Below are positions 37,566 through 47,428 of a stretch of 64,000 bases of DNA, in pieces; positions within the stretch are counted from its first letter, which is position 1; every line of letters starts with the position of its first letter. Location of the stretch: positions 10,291 through 74,290 of the forward strand of contig CAZKVV010000002.1 of the NCBI GenBank assembly GCA_964556485.1, in the 5' to 3' direction. The position numbers and the translations under genes are program-made. The notes beneath the pieces are model-generated. The model had not been told where the DNA came from, did not search any database, and saw only the letters and a list, made by a program, of their open reading frames with translations. The stretch comes from an uncultured Pseudomonadales bacterium (GTDB lineage: Bacteria; Patescibacteriota; Microgenomatia; UBA1400; PJMF01).

Positions 37566-37595
37566 AGGGTCTTTCGTTACTTTGTAAAACAGGCT

Positions 37596-38999
37596 CTACT
37601 CTACCATAGAACGCAGATAGGCATCAAGCTTATCGAGTGAGACACGTTCTTGTTTGGTAGTGTCTCGGTCGCGTACGGTTATACAGTTGTCAGTGAGGGT
37701 GTCAAAGTCGACTGTCACGCAGTAAGGAGTGCCAATTTCGTCCTGGTAGAGATATCTTTTACCGATGTTACCGCGTGAATCCCAAGCCGTGGGATACTGC
37801 TTCTGTAACGAGCTGTAAACTTGCTGGGCTATTTCAACCAGTTCTGGTTTATTTTTGAGGAGTGGGAATACCGCTACAGTGTAAGGTGCCAAGCGTTTTG
37901 GTAATTTCAGAACTGTTCGATTATTTTCGACATCTTCCCAATACGCGTTGCTGAGTGTTGCAAGGAAGAATCGAGCTATACCTGCTGCTGGTTCGATAAC
38001 GTGTGGTACAAAAACTTTTCCAGATTGAGGGTCTCGGTAAGACATATCCTGACCAGAATGCTTCATATGTTGAGTGAGGTCGTAATCGGTGCGGTATGCA
38101 ATACCCCACATTTCACTCCATCCAAATGAAAAGTTGTATTCAAGATCTTGTGTCATTTTGCTATAAAAACTCAGCTCTTTTGGCGTATGGTTTCTCCAGC
38201 GCAGGTGTTCTTCCGAAAGTCCCAGACTTTTGGTGACAAATGACCACATAGCATTCTGCCATTGCTCAAAGAGTGGTTCCCATTCAGTTTGCTCAGGATT
38301 GAAGAAGTACTCAATTTCAGCTTGTTCAAACTCGAGTGTTCTAAAGACAAACTGACCAGTGGTAATTTCATTTCTAAAACTTTTTCCAATTTGTCCCACA
38401 CCAAATGGCAGCTGTACCCTAGTTGAATCTAAAATATTGGTGAAGTTGCTAAAAATACCTTGCGCTGTTTCACCACGCAAATACACTTTAGCTTTTTCAC
38501 CAGCAACCGTACCAATTGCTGTTTCAAACAATAAATTAAATACTTTGGGAGCAGTCACAGGGTTTCCATCTGGACTGGTGATTGCATGTTTTTCGATAAA
38601 TGCGCCCATTTCTTCAATGGTTAGGTCTTCTATTACTATGCTAGGTACAGCTTTTTGAGCATTTTCTTGAGATTCGAGCCAATTCTTGATTAAGTGGTCA
38701 GCCCGATAGCGTTTTTGTGTTTTAACATCCTCAACAAGCGGATCATTGAACGAATGCACATGTCCAGAAGCAACCCAGGTTTCTGGATGTAGCATAATTT
38801 GAGAATCTAGACCTACCATGTCAGTACGGTAGGAAACAAATTCTTTCCACCACGCGTCTTTAATGTTTTTGAGTAATTGACTACCTAATGGGCCGTAATC
38901 GTAAGAGTTAGCGAGTCCACCGTAAATTGATGAAGTAGGAAAAACGAAGCCACGTCGCTTGCAGAGTGCTACGATAGTTTCAAGTGAAGTGTTTGGCAT
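37596..38999 (-). CDS. glyQS: Glycyl-tRNA synthetase (alpha2 dimeric type)
   Basis: ALCKRRGFVFPTSSIYGGLANSYDYGPLG N-terminus, diagnostic of class II GlyRS. Confidence 0.9.
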   Translation of the reverse strand: MPNTSLETIVALCKRRGFVFPTSSIYGGLANSYDYGPLGSQLLKNIKDAWWKEFVSYRTDMVGLDSQIMLHPETWVASGHVHSFNDPLVEDVKTQKRYRADHLIKNWLESQENAQKAVPSIVIEDLTIEEMGAFIEKHAITSPDGNPVTAPKVFNLLFETAIGTVAGEKAKVYLRGETAQGIFSNFTNILDSTRVQLPFGVGQIGKSFRNEITTGQFVFRTLEFEQAEIEYFFNPEQTEWEPLFEQWQNAMWSFVTKSLGLSEEHLRWRNHTPKELSFYSKMTQDLEYNFSFGWSEMWGIAYRTDYDLTQHMKHSGQDMSYRDPQSGKVFVPHVIEPAAGIARFFLATLSNAYWEDVENNRTVLKLPKRLAPYTVAVFPLLKNKPELVEIAQQVYSSLQKQYPTAWDSRGNIGKRYLYQDEIGTPYCVTVDFDTLTDNCITVRDRDTTKQERVSLDKLDAYLRSMVE

Positions 39000-39208
39000 A
39001 GGCTGCTTTCTGGGTACAAAAAAATCCCTACAGTGCTAGATACTGTTAGGGACCCTACCGGGCGGTTCCACCCTATTTCCACACATATTTGTGTGACTCT
39101 TCTGCTTAGTGGTTTGCTGCAATCAGCTATCGCTTGCCAAAGACGACACTCACTTGCAACATTATTTTATCACATGTGGCTTGATGAGTACACCTCATTG
39201 TCTGCGAA
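39000..39208 (-). promoter_or_regulatory. T-box riboswitch leader of glyQS (probable GGC specifier)
   Basis: Minus strand: AATAGGGTGGAACCGCCCGG (T-box core; + coordinates 39058-39074), then hairpin CCCTAACAG...CTGTAGGG plus TTTTTTT (39017-39053). An upstream stem contains UUUGGCAAG, a candidate Gly specifier. Confidence 0.6.
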
Positions 39209-39751
39209 CTACTGTACTCGGAGAAAGGCAAAGCTGTTGAGTGGTTTACCAGTGAGAGATTCAAGATAGTCTGTTATTGAGTCATATGGTGAAGTTGCTG
39301 GGTCCTGAAATCCAAGTGCAATTATGAGGTCAGAGAGTAATTGTCTAATGTGTTTAGGTGAGCTCTGATTATAGATGACTTGATTTCGCAGTTGGATCGC
39401 CGACAAAAAAGTTGTATGGTCAATTTCTGCTTCAACAAAGAGTGTATCAAAAATTTCTAAGATTTGAGAAAGTTGACTATAATTTTGCAGATTTTGAATC
39501 ATCTTGCTGGTGTCGTCAATGAGAACAGCTTGAGTGAGTAGTGGCAACGATCTAGTTTCGATTAAGTTCACTTTTACCAGCATTCCAGGTTCAAGGAAAG
39601 CTCTGGTACTAGATGTTAATTTCCGGACCCCTTTGGCAACACATACAACTTTACCTTTTTCTTTAGTGAGAAGTGTAAGAATTCTGTCGGTCTCGCCAGT
39701 GTTAGTTCGACGCAGTACCAAACCTTTAATAACGGCAGGTGCATGTTTCAT
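39209..39751 (-). CDS. recO: DNA repair protein RecO (short form)
   Basis: N-terminal OB-fold signature IKGLVLRRTNTGETDRILTLLTKEKGKVVCVAKGVRK. Confidence 0.65.
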   Translation of the reverse strand: MKHAPAVIKGLVLRRTNTGETDRILTLLTKEKGKVVCVAKGVRKLTSSTRAFLEPGMLVKVNLIETRSLPLLTQAVLIDDTSKMIQNLQNYSQLSQILEIFDTLFVEAEIDHTTFLSAIQLRNQVIYNQSSPKHIRQLLSDLIIALGFQDPATSPYDSITDYLESLTGKPLNSFAFLRVQ

Positions 39752-39753
39752 GG

Positions 39754-41826
39754 TTAGAAAGGAGCAGTGTAGGTGATGTTTTTATTAACCGTTACCTTTT
39801 CTTGCCCACCGGCAACGTCAAAGAGTACATCAAAACTTTGTAATCCACCCTGTTTCCAGATAGTTCCCGTGTATTCTTTTTCGTTGGTATAAGGTATTTT
39901 GTAGGTAAGCTGTAGCTTCGCAGTTCCTTTTGGTTCGAGTAAAAAGAAACCATCAAACACAGTAAATCCTGCCTCATCATATGTTTTTGCTTCTTCGGTA
40001 AAGCCTTGTGCAGATATTAGCTGTGCACCCTCTGGTACGTAGATGCGCGTCCAGTCTTTGAGTGTTGAGTTGAGACATAATAAACCAGCTTCAAGATTGC
40101 AGTTGTCACCATGTCGAGTGTTGCGATAGGTGATTTCTACCGTCTTCTCAAGATAGCCATTTTTAGGGGCAGATATGACTTGCTCAACACCATATTCAGT
40201 GAAGAGGTTTGATTTTGCTCCTCCAAGATTAGCGTTAATTATTCCTAAAAAGTCTTGATTTTTCTCAGGAGAAGCCATTCTGCCTGCTGCCTCAGCTAAC
40301 TCTGCTGCTGATTGGTTTTTTTCATCGAGAAAATAGAATTGCACATTTCTTCCTTCGACAGATTTGAATCCTTCAGCGAAGAGTGTTGGCCATTGTTGTT
40401 TTGGTGCCGCGTATGCTTTGGAAAGTAATGAGCGCATGAGTGGACCCAAGATACCTTTTCTGTCTTCACGTAGGTAAGGAGTTGGACGGGTAATGATTTC
40501 TGAAAGCACATAAATGATTTGTGGACAGTCGCAACGTGGGTCATTTTCTGCTGAAAAAGTGCCATATCCTGGTACTTCAATTGGTCCAAGCACTGTCATT
40601 AGACTGGTTAAGAAGTGTGTATCAACGGCAATAATGCCGTCTATATCATTTGGCTCACCTGGAATAGTTTTATATACACCGTAGATAGTATCCATCGAGG
40701 TTTTAAAGTCTGGTGAAGTGTTCATATCGCGCAGATTCCAGTATTTTTCAGTGGTGAGGTAACGACCGAGTTCTTTTGGAATGAGCTGTGTTTTTTTGTA
40801 TTTTTGATCTAGTTCGTAAATATCATCAGACTTTTCAGCTTCAACTTTACCATTCTCCACATTTATGATGGCATAGGCAGTTAAAAATCCGCCGGTTGGT
40901 CGAAGTTCATTATCATTTTGGAATAACACTAAATATTTTTTACGAGTTCCACGAGCACCTGCAACATCGGGAAGTTGCTCGATAACAGGTCGATATTCTG
41001 TGAGAGTGGTAACTGCACTTTTTCCAATTGATTGTAATGCAACAATATTTGATCTAAGTGCCGTATCTCCAATTTGCTCAGGGTATCTCTCTGGATCAAT
41101 GGTTGAAAGTTCAGCGTCAACAATTGCTAAATCTGCAGCAATCGCATTGAGTTCTGGCGCAACTTTATCGAGCGTTTCGAGCAAAATTTTAAGTCTGTCT
41201 TCAGTAGTACCACCTTGAAATGAACCTTCTCCTGCAAAACCAAGTACATCAGCATACGGTGTAATAGCGGCTAGAGTCTTTTTGCCCGCACTAAGACCGG
41301 CGTGAGCAGCGGTTAGACTATGTTCGCCATCCAGATAGTAGGCTCTGAGTCCAGGAATAAATTTAAAGAGTGCTAATTTTTTGTAGGTATTTGAGATTTC
41401 ATCTAAGTTTCCTGAGAGACTCTCAACTTTGTTTTGAGTGCCAATTAAATCTTGGTTTTTAAAAGCAGTATAGGCTTCTTTAGCAACTGCTGAGACAACT
41501 GCTGATTGCGTCTTTATTTCAACTGCAACTGTGTATGAATAGAAACCGAGTGTGCCGAATAAGCTTAAAATAAGAAGTGCGACCACTGCTATGCCAATCA
41601 ATAGTTTTTTCTTTTTGGGAATGAGCGGTTTTTTGATTTTGGGCGAAGTGCCGTCATCACTGCCAACACTTACAGCACCTAAATCTGAATTACCACCCGT
41701 TTTTTTAGTTTGTTGATATTTACTTGTATGTGCAAACTGAGAAATGTCAGGTTCTGCAGTTTTTGGAAAATCTGGAGAAGTCGTGTCGAGAAAGTCAGGG
41801 TTGGTTGCAGGGGTAACACTAGACAT
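39754..41826 (-). CDS. Large membrane-anchored extracytoplasmic protein (690 aa), hypothetical
   Basis: About 70-aa S/T/P-rich cytoplasmic tail, one TM (LLIGIAVVALLILSLFGTLGFY), then an extracellular domain of about 590 aa; lies directly upstream of the sugar-phosphate transferase. Confidence 0.5.
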   Translation of the reverse strand: MSSVTPATNPDFLDTTSPDFPKTAEPDISQFAHTSKYQQTKKTGGNSDLGAVSVGSDDGTSPKIKKPLIPKKKKLLIGIAVVALLILSLFGTLGFYSYTVAVEIKTQSAVVSAVAKEAYTAFKNQDLIGTQNKVESLSGNLDEISNTYKKLALFKFIPGLRAYYLDGEHSLTAAHAGLSAGKKTLAAITPYADVLGFAGEGSFQGGTTEDRLKILLETLDKVAPELNAIAADLAIVDAELSTIDPERYPEQIGDTALRSNIVALQSIGKSAVTTLTEYRPVIEQLPDVAGARGTRKKYLVLFQNDNELRPTGGFLTAYAIINVENGKVEAEKSDDIYELDQKYKKTQLIPKELGRYLTTEKYWNLRDMNTSPDFKTSMDTIYGVYKTIPGEPNDIDGIIAVDTHFLTSLMTVLGPIEVPGYGTFSAENDPRCDCPQIIYVLSEIITRPTPYLREDRKGILGPLMRSLLSKAYAAPKQQWPTLFAEGFKSVEGRNVQFYFLDEKNQSAAELAEAAGRMASPEKNQDFLGIINANLGGAKSNLFTEYGVEQVISAPKNGYLEKTVEITYRNTRHGDNCNLEAGLLCLNSTLKDWTRIYVPEGAQLISAQGFTEEAKTYDEAGFTVFDGFFLLEPKGTAKLQLTYKIPYTNEKEYTGTIWKQGGLQSFDVLFDVAGGQEKVTVNKNITYTAPF

Positions 41827-41859
41827 AATAGGAGCTAGTATAGCAAACTTTGTTGCTAC

Positions 41860-42480
41860 TTACCATTTTGATATCATTGCCCGTGGAGTTCTAAACAGTA
41901 TCCGTATATCGTTGGTGATCGAGCGAACTCCCGCATATTCGGCATCCATTTTTGCTCTGACTTTAAAAGGCACTTCATTACGACCACTTGTTTGCCATGG
42001 ACCAGTTATGCCTGGTTTAGAAGAAAGAATTAAGTCTTTATACTTCTTTGTATCAGGATATTTTTTTGTTTGTTCTTCGATCTCTTTGCGTACATATGCA
42101 CGTGGGCCAACCATGCTCATGTCACCCTTTAATACATTGTATAGCTGTGGAAACTCATCAATAGTGAGGGAGCGAAGAACCTTGCCAAGTTTTGTGATCC
42201 GAGGATCATTTTGAATTTTCCAGTCTCCTGCTTTAAATTTTTTGAGTAATTCTTTGTCTTGTTTATGAAGTACCTCATCTGCGTTTGGAATCATTGATCG
42301 GAATTTGTATAAGTAAAACTCTTCGCCATGTAGTCCAACACGTTTGTGTTTAAATAAAATGGGTAAGCCTGAATCGAGGTAGATCAAGATTGGGATGAGT
42401 ATCCACACCGGGAGGAATAAAACTGCAAGCCCTAAGGCAACACAGATATCAAGAATTCTTTTTTGTTGGTCGTAGGTCAT
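41860..42480 (-). CDS. Polyprenyl-phosphate sugar-1-phosphate transferase (Bac_transf; WbaP/PglC-like initiating enzyme)
   Basis: RILDICVALGLAV...KHKRVG..GEEFYLYKFRSM...DEFPQLYNVLKGDMSMVGPRAYV. Confidence 0.85.
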   Translation of the reverse strand: MTYDQQKRILDICVALGLAVLFLPVWILIPILIYLDSGLPILFKHKRVGLHGEEFYLYKFRSMIPNADEVLHKQDKELLKKFKAGDWKIQNDPRITKLGKVLRSLTIDEFPQLYNVLKGDMSMVGPRAYVRKEIEEQTKKYPDTKKYKDLILSSKPGITGPWQTSGRNEVPFKVRAKMDAEYAGVRSITNDIRILFRTPRAMISKW

Positions 42481-42546
42481 ACAGAGTATCTGTTACAGAA
42501 TAGTACAAAAAGGTGATTGTAGCATAGCCTCATTTTTCATGTCTGT

Positions 42547-43650
42547 TTATAAGTAATCTTTTTTATTATCAGCTTTAAGTTTTTCAACAATTTTTTTCAC
42601 ATCCTGACTTTGAGATTTCGGCACTATCATTAGAATTTCATCTGTATCTATAATTACCATATCGTTTACGCCGACGAGTGAAATAAGTCTGCCGTTGCTA
42701 TGTATGAGATTATTTTCTGAGTCAATAAGACATACCTCTTTACTTTGACTGTCACTAATGACCACATTTCCTAATGAATCCTTTTTTTCTAGGTCGTAGA
42801 CAACTTTCCAATCGCCCACATCGTCCCATCCAAAGTCGCCTGGGATGAGTACTAGGTTTTCGGCCTTTTCTGAGATAGCATAGTCGACCGATATTGCTTC
42901 GGCATCTTGATATATTTTGGGAAGAGCCTGGTGGAAAGCATGACTATCAAGTGTGCTGAGATGCTTGGTGAGTTCGTACAGCGACGGCATGTGCTTTTTG
43001 AAGGCGTCGCTGAGTGTTTGAGCTGCCCATACATACATGTTGGCATTCCAATAGTATTTTCCAGTCGCAATGAATGCACGAGCAGTTGCTGCATTCGGTT
43101 TTTCAGTAAAATTTTCTACTTTAAAAAAAGTTAAGCCTTCAGGTAGCTTCATGATATCTTGACCAATTTTAATGTAGCCAAAGCCTGTAGCAGGTCTGTT
43201 TGGTGTGATCCCCACCGATACCAAATATGGATTTTCACCCGCAACAGTTGTTGCAGCTTTCATTACTCTTAAAAACTCTTCTTTATCAGTGACTACATGG
43301 TCGGAGGCTAGGTTGATTATAACTGCATTAGGATCTTTTGATTTTGCATATAATGCCCCAGTTAACATGGCTAGCGCAGTGTCTCTTTTTCTTGGTTCAG
43401 CAATAATGTTTTGAATAGGAACCTCTGGGAGCAAGCTATGTACTTCTTCTTTATATAGTTCATTGGTCACCACTATGATTCGATCCCAAGGAATAATAGA
43501 AGTTATTCGTGAAGTGGCAATTTGAATCATGGTTTCATTGCCAACAAGTTTGAGAAATTGTTTTGGTGATTTATTTCGTGATTTTGGCCATAATCTAGTA
43601 CCACCACCGCCTGCTAGAACGACTGCATAGACATGATCAAGTTGTGACAT
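42547..43650 (-). CDS. manC: Mannose-1-phosphate guanylyltransferase
   Basis: AVVLAGGGGTRLWPKSRNKSPKQFL nucleotidyltransferase signature; 367 aa. Confidence 0.75.
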   Translation of the reverse strand: MSQLDHVYAVVLAGGGGTRLWPKSRNKSPKQFLKLVGNETMIQIATSRITSIIPWDRIIVVTNELYKEEVHSLLPEVPIQNIIAEPRKRDTALAMLTGALYAKSKDPNAVIINLASDHVVTDKEEFLRVMKAATTVAGENPYLVSVGITPNRPATGFGYIKIGQDIMKLPEGLTFFKVENFTEKPNAATARAFIATGKYYWNANMYVWAAQTLSDAFKKHMPSLYELTKHLSTLDSHAFHQALPKIYQDAEAISVDYAISEKAENLVLIPGDFGWDDVGDWKVVYDLEKKDSLGNVVISDSQSKEVCLIDSENNLIHSNGRLISLVGVNDMVIIDTDEILMIVPKSQSQDVKKIVEKLKADNKKDYL

Positions 43651-43662
43651 GGGCTTCCTTTT

Positions 43663-44916
43663 TTACTTTGATTTCTGTGTCAATTTCATTTGTATGATAC
43701 TATCATATATCAAATTTTGCATTTGGGCTTTAAAAGCTGACATAGAAAATGCAGTGATAATCTCATTCTTTGATTTTGTGTCAATGGTAATGCTTTTACT
43801 TTCTGTTATGGCTGTAACCAGATTCATAATTGTCTGTGAATCAGTATGCAGTGCAGTGACACCATGTTCAAGTATCTCTGCTACTCCACTGTCTTTGTGA
43901 ATAATGGGAATCGCTCCTGCAGCAACTGCCTCGAGTGCTGTAATGCCAAAATCTTCTTTTCCTGGCATTAGCAAGGTTGTTGCGTGAGAAAGTAGCCACT
44001 GTCTTTCTGAGTTAGTTACTCGACCGACAAAATAGATGTTTTTAGAAGTATCAGTCTGTATTGTTTCGAGAAATGTATGTAATGATTGGTTTTTTGTTCG
44101 AACACAGGCGCGTGTTCCTGCTTGCTTTACTAAGCTTTTTTTTGCTTCACCATCTCCCGCAATAATAAGGGTTTCATTAAGCGACAACATAGCAGCTATT
44201 GCAAGATCAATTTTTTTGTAGGGAACTAATCTGGATAACACTAAGTGAAATGGAAAACTATTGGCTAGCAAAAGGGTTGGTGAAGCAACCATTTTGGGTA
44301 ATGGTGGGTAGATGACAGAATCTGCTGTTCTGCCATAGTATTGTTTTAATCTTTTGGTAACTAATTTTGAAATGGTAATAATTTTGTCAGGCCGCCACAT
44401 AGCCGCACTATCCCACCATCGTACATAATGTAGTAAATGTATAACTAGTAGATTTAGAATCGGCAACTGTAAGAGCGGTTTTGTTGCTAGGTACTCTTTT
44501 GAAAAGTCGTACAAATATCTTGGTGGCGTGAGTAAGTAACATATGTGCAGTTGATCAGGTTTGGTAAGAATTCCTTTTGCTTCTCCACTTGTTACTGAAA
44601 TTAGCACATCATACTTTTGCACATCGAGTGATTCAAATGCAAGCGGCATAGTGGGTGCAAGCAGTTGATGCTTATTTTGTAAAAAAGGTAGTATATTTAA
44701 AAAACTGGGAATGATGGTAAAACTTTTTGCCCAGGGTGCATTTTTTTGTGAATGCAGTGATGTGAATAGTGGAGCCTCAGGAAAAAGCGAATGAAGTGCT
44801 TGTAGTACCCACTCTGCTCCTCCGTATGGGGTATTAACTTTGTCGTAAATTATCGCGACACGATAAGTACTAAGAAGTTGTGAAACTGCATCTTTTTTGT
44901 CATTGTTGTTAGGCAT
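43663..44916 (-). CDS. Glycosyltransferase family 1 (GT4)
   Basis: C-terminal E-x7-E region GKEDFGITALEAVAAGAIPII. Confidence 0.7.
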   Translation of the reverse strand: MPNNNDKKDAVSQLLSTYRVAIIYDKVNTPYGGAEWVLQALHSLFPEAPLFTSLHSQKNAPWAKSFTIIPSFLNILPFLQNKHQLLAPTMPLAFESLDVQKYDVLISVTSGEAKGILTKPDQLHICYLLTPPRYLYDFSKEYLATKPLLQLPILNLLVIHLLHYVRWWDSAAMWRPDKIITISKLVTKRLKQYYGRTADSVIYPPLPKMVASPTLLLANSFPFHLVLSRLVPYKKIDLAIAAMLSLNETLIIAGDGEAKKSLVKQAGTRACVRTKNQSLHTFLETIQTDTSKNIYFVGRVTNSERQWLLSHATTLLMPGKEDFGITALEAVAAGAIPIIHKDSGVAEILEHGVTALHTDSQTIMNLVTAITESKSITIDTKSKNEIITAFSMSAFKAQMQNLIYDSIIQMKLTQKSK

Positions 44917-46066
44917 GATTAATGTGAGATAAGTACACTGTATTGGTTATTTTTGCCATTCTTTTCCAAGAATACTGCGCTGATACTTCTGCAGCTTTTT
45001 TTTGAAAGCTTGTTGGTGATTGTTTCTCAATTTTTTGCAATGCCGCAATGAATGACTCCACAGAATGAGGATTAAAGTACTGCGCAGCATTTCCATAAAT
45101 CTCTCTAAAAATGGGAATGTCTGAGGCAATAACAGGAGTATTAAGTGAGAAGGCCTCAATCCCTGTGAGTCCAAAACCTTCCGATAAAGACGGTTGTACG
45201 AGTACAGTTGCGTTTTGATAGTGCTTCGCCAACGAGTCGTCTGCAACATAGCCAAGAAATTGCACCCTGTTTTGCAGCTGTCTTTCTTGGACATACCTCA
45301 CAACTTTATCTTGGAAAACGTTTCTTGAACCTACAATTGTTAAGCTATAGTTGGGTAAGATGCGCAGAGCGTCGATGACGAGCTGAATATTTTTATGTGG
45401 GTAGAGTGATCCAACATATAGTAAAGAATGTTTCTTTTTTTGAGTACCTTTTCTTTGATATTTTTCTAAGTTGCTGCCTTCGGTTGTAACTACAATTTTA
45501 TTCACAACAGTTGGGTAATATTTGATGATAATGTTCTTGACAGTTTCTGCTGGGACAAAAATTGATTTAGCTTTATAGATATTTGTAGTAGCTACAAACC
45601 TGTAAAAAACATACTTAATCCAATACAGAACAGGGCTTAGCGTAGTTACCTGCGTACCCTTTTTTTCATGCCACAACAAGTCATGAATGGTTACTACCAT
45701 GCGCCCTGTGTATAAAACAGGAGCATTAAAGTGAGGCACATGCAAGAGTGATAATTTAGCTTTATAAAAATGAATGGGAAGAATAAGTTGTTCAGTGAGT
45801 GTGTAATGCTTGATAGGTACATAGATAATTTCGCACTGTGGATGTGAAATATTTGCACCAAGTGCAGACTCTGCCTGAACTTTATTGGAAAAGAAAAGTA
45901 CCCAGACTATTGTCTCGTTGTTTTGATCAATAAGTTCTGAAACTAAGTTTTCAATATATCTGCCTAAGCCAGCGTGTTGTTTTCCTCCGAGTCGACAGTC
46001 AATTCCTATGCGCATATAAAATGGTGTCTGAATACATTTGAGGCCAGGCAATTTGCCTGGCCTCAC
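44909..46066 (-). CDS. Glycosyltransferase family 1 (GT4)
   Basis: EGFGLTGIEAFSLNTPVIASDIPIFREI motif. Confidence 0.7.
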   Translation of the reverse strand: MRPGKLPGLKCIQTPFYMRIGIDCRLGGKQHAGLGRYIENLVSELIDQNNETIVWVLFFSNKVQAESALGANISHPQCEIIYVPIKHYTLTEQLILPIHFYKAKLSLLHVPHFNAPVLYTGRMVVTIHDLLWHEKKGTQVTTLSPVLYWIKYVFYRFVATTNIYKAKSIFVPAETVKNIIIKYYPTVVNKIVVTTEGSNLEKYQRKGTQKKKHSLLYVGSLYPHKNIQLVIDALRILPNYSLTIVGSRNVFQDKVVRYVQERQLQNRVQFLGYVADDSLAKHYQNATVLVQPSLSEGFGLTGIEAFSLNTPVIASDIPIFREIYGNAAQYFNPHSVESFIAALQKIEKQSPTSFQKKAAEVSAQYSWKRMAKITNTVYLSHINHA

Positions 46067-46094
46067 TATTGTACCTCAACTCAAGCTGAGTAAG

Positions 46095-46553
46095 CTACTT
46101 AGTTTTTTTTGCTGATTTGGTTGTTTTAGCTTTCGCAGCTTTTTTTGCTGCTTTTGGTTTTAATGCTTCTTCAACAATTGACTCAAGTTCTCGAAGTTCT
46201 TCTTTTGAAAGATCATCTGTTTTGTTGTCCTCACTGCAGCATCCACCACCACAACAGCCATCGAGAGCTTGCTCTGCTTTTTTAGCTGCAGCTTTTGTGT
46301 TTCTCATCACATTACCAACAACGGTAAAAAGGAAGAAAGCTGCTGAGACGCCAAAGGTGATTATTGGTAACATTTCAAGTATTGCAGGTTGCTCTGTAAG
46401 GGTGAGCAATTCCTCCTGTGAATACATCATGTTAATGATGAGTTGTGGCAAAAATACATTTGCAACAATTGCTGCAATGAAAACCATAATTGATTCGATC
46501 GCTCTGGTCATGCTTTGTAGACGTAAGTCTGTTACTTCTGAAAATCCTGTCAT
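46095..46553 (-). CDS. Small membrane protein with CCGGGCC cysteine cluster and Lys/Ala-rich tail
   Basis: 152 aa; two TM helices, then LDGCCGGGCCSEDN and C-terminal KPKAAKKAAKAKTTKSAKKTK. Confidence 0.45.
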   Translation of the reverse strand: MTGFSEVTDLRLQSMTRAIESIMVFIAAIVANVFLPQLIINMMYSQEELLTLTEQPAILEMLPIITFGVSAAFFLFTVVGNVMRNTKAAAKKAEQALDGCCGGGCCSEDNKTDDLSKEELRELESIVEEALKPKAAKKAAKAKTTKSAKKTK

Positions 46554-47428
46554 AGTGCTCCTTTTTTTATGACTAAAAAATACCTAATACAGGTCCTCAA
46601 CAATTCTGGGTAGAGGCTCCTATAGTGTTTGTCGTAGTATTGTAGCATGGTGTCGTAAAAATGCATGCGAGTTTTTCGTGCAATTTTTTGTGAAGCATTT
46701 TTAATTCCGGATTTGTATTTGTGATGAATCACCACAGCTTCTGGATTGTAGATCACTGTAAAGCCTGCTTCTCTAAATCGCTTACACCAGTCGAGGTCTT
46801 CTGCGTACATAAAGAATCTTTCGTCTAGTAATCCAATGACATTGATAGCAGACTTTCTAACGATCATGGCAGCGCCAGAGCAGGCTGCAACAGAGTGAAT
46901 GCTGAATAAATCTTTATAAGTTTGATGGTATTCGCCAAACAAAGTTGAGTGGGGAAAAAGCTTCTCTAAACCAGAAAAGTAGCTAAGTGATACCCATGGC
47001 GTGGGCTCACCTCTATGACAGGCTGGGTCAATTGAGCCATCTGAAAACTCGACTCTAGGTGTGATAATGCCAACTTCTGTGTGTTTCTTTAAATACTTAA
47101 TGAGAACATCAAGATGTGACTGATCCGTAAGTTCAACATCAGAATTAAGAAGCAATATGAACTCAGCATCTGATTGCTGAATTGCTGTATTATTAGCAGC
47201 GGCATACCCTTTGTTTTCTTGACTTTGTACCAATTGCACCCACTTAAATTCTTTTTTGAGTATGGACAGTGATTCATCCTCAGAACCGTTATCCACTACA
47301 GTAACAACAACATTATTTTTGGTGATGCTTAAATATTTTTCTTTTAAACTGCTTAATGTTTTTTTTAACCAAAATGCACTATTGTAATTAACAATAATCA
47401 CTTCAAGGTCAGTAGTTGATTTTTTCAT
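46550..47428 (-). CDS. Glycosyltransferase family 2
   Basis: LEVIIVNYNSAFWLKKTLSSL...VVDNGSEDES...LLNSDVEL (DXD). Confidence 0.75.
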   Translation of the reverse strand: MKKSTTDLEVIIVNYNSAFWLKKTLSSLKEKYLSITKNNVVVTVVDNGSEDESLSILKKEFKWVQLVQSQENKGYAAANNTAIQQSDAEFILLLNSDVELTDQSHLDVLIKYLKKHTEVGIITPRVEFSDGSIDPACHRGEPTPWVSLSYFSGLEKLFPHSTLFGEYHQTYKDLFSIHSVAACSGAAMIVRKSAINVIGLLDERFFMYAEDLDWCKRFREAGFTVIYNPEAVVIHHKYKSGIKNASQKIARKTRMHFYDTMLQYYDKHYRSLYPELLRTCIRYFLVIKKGAL

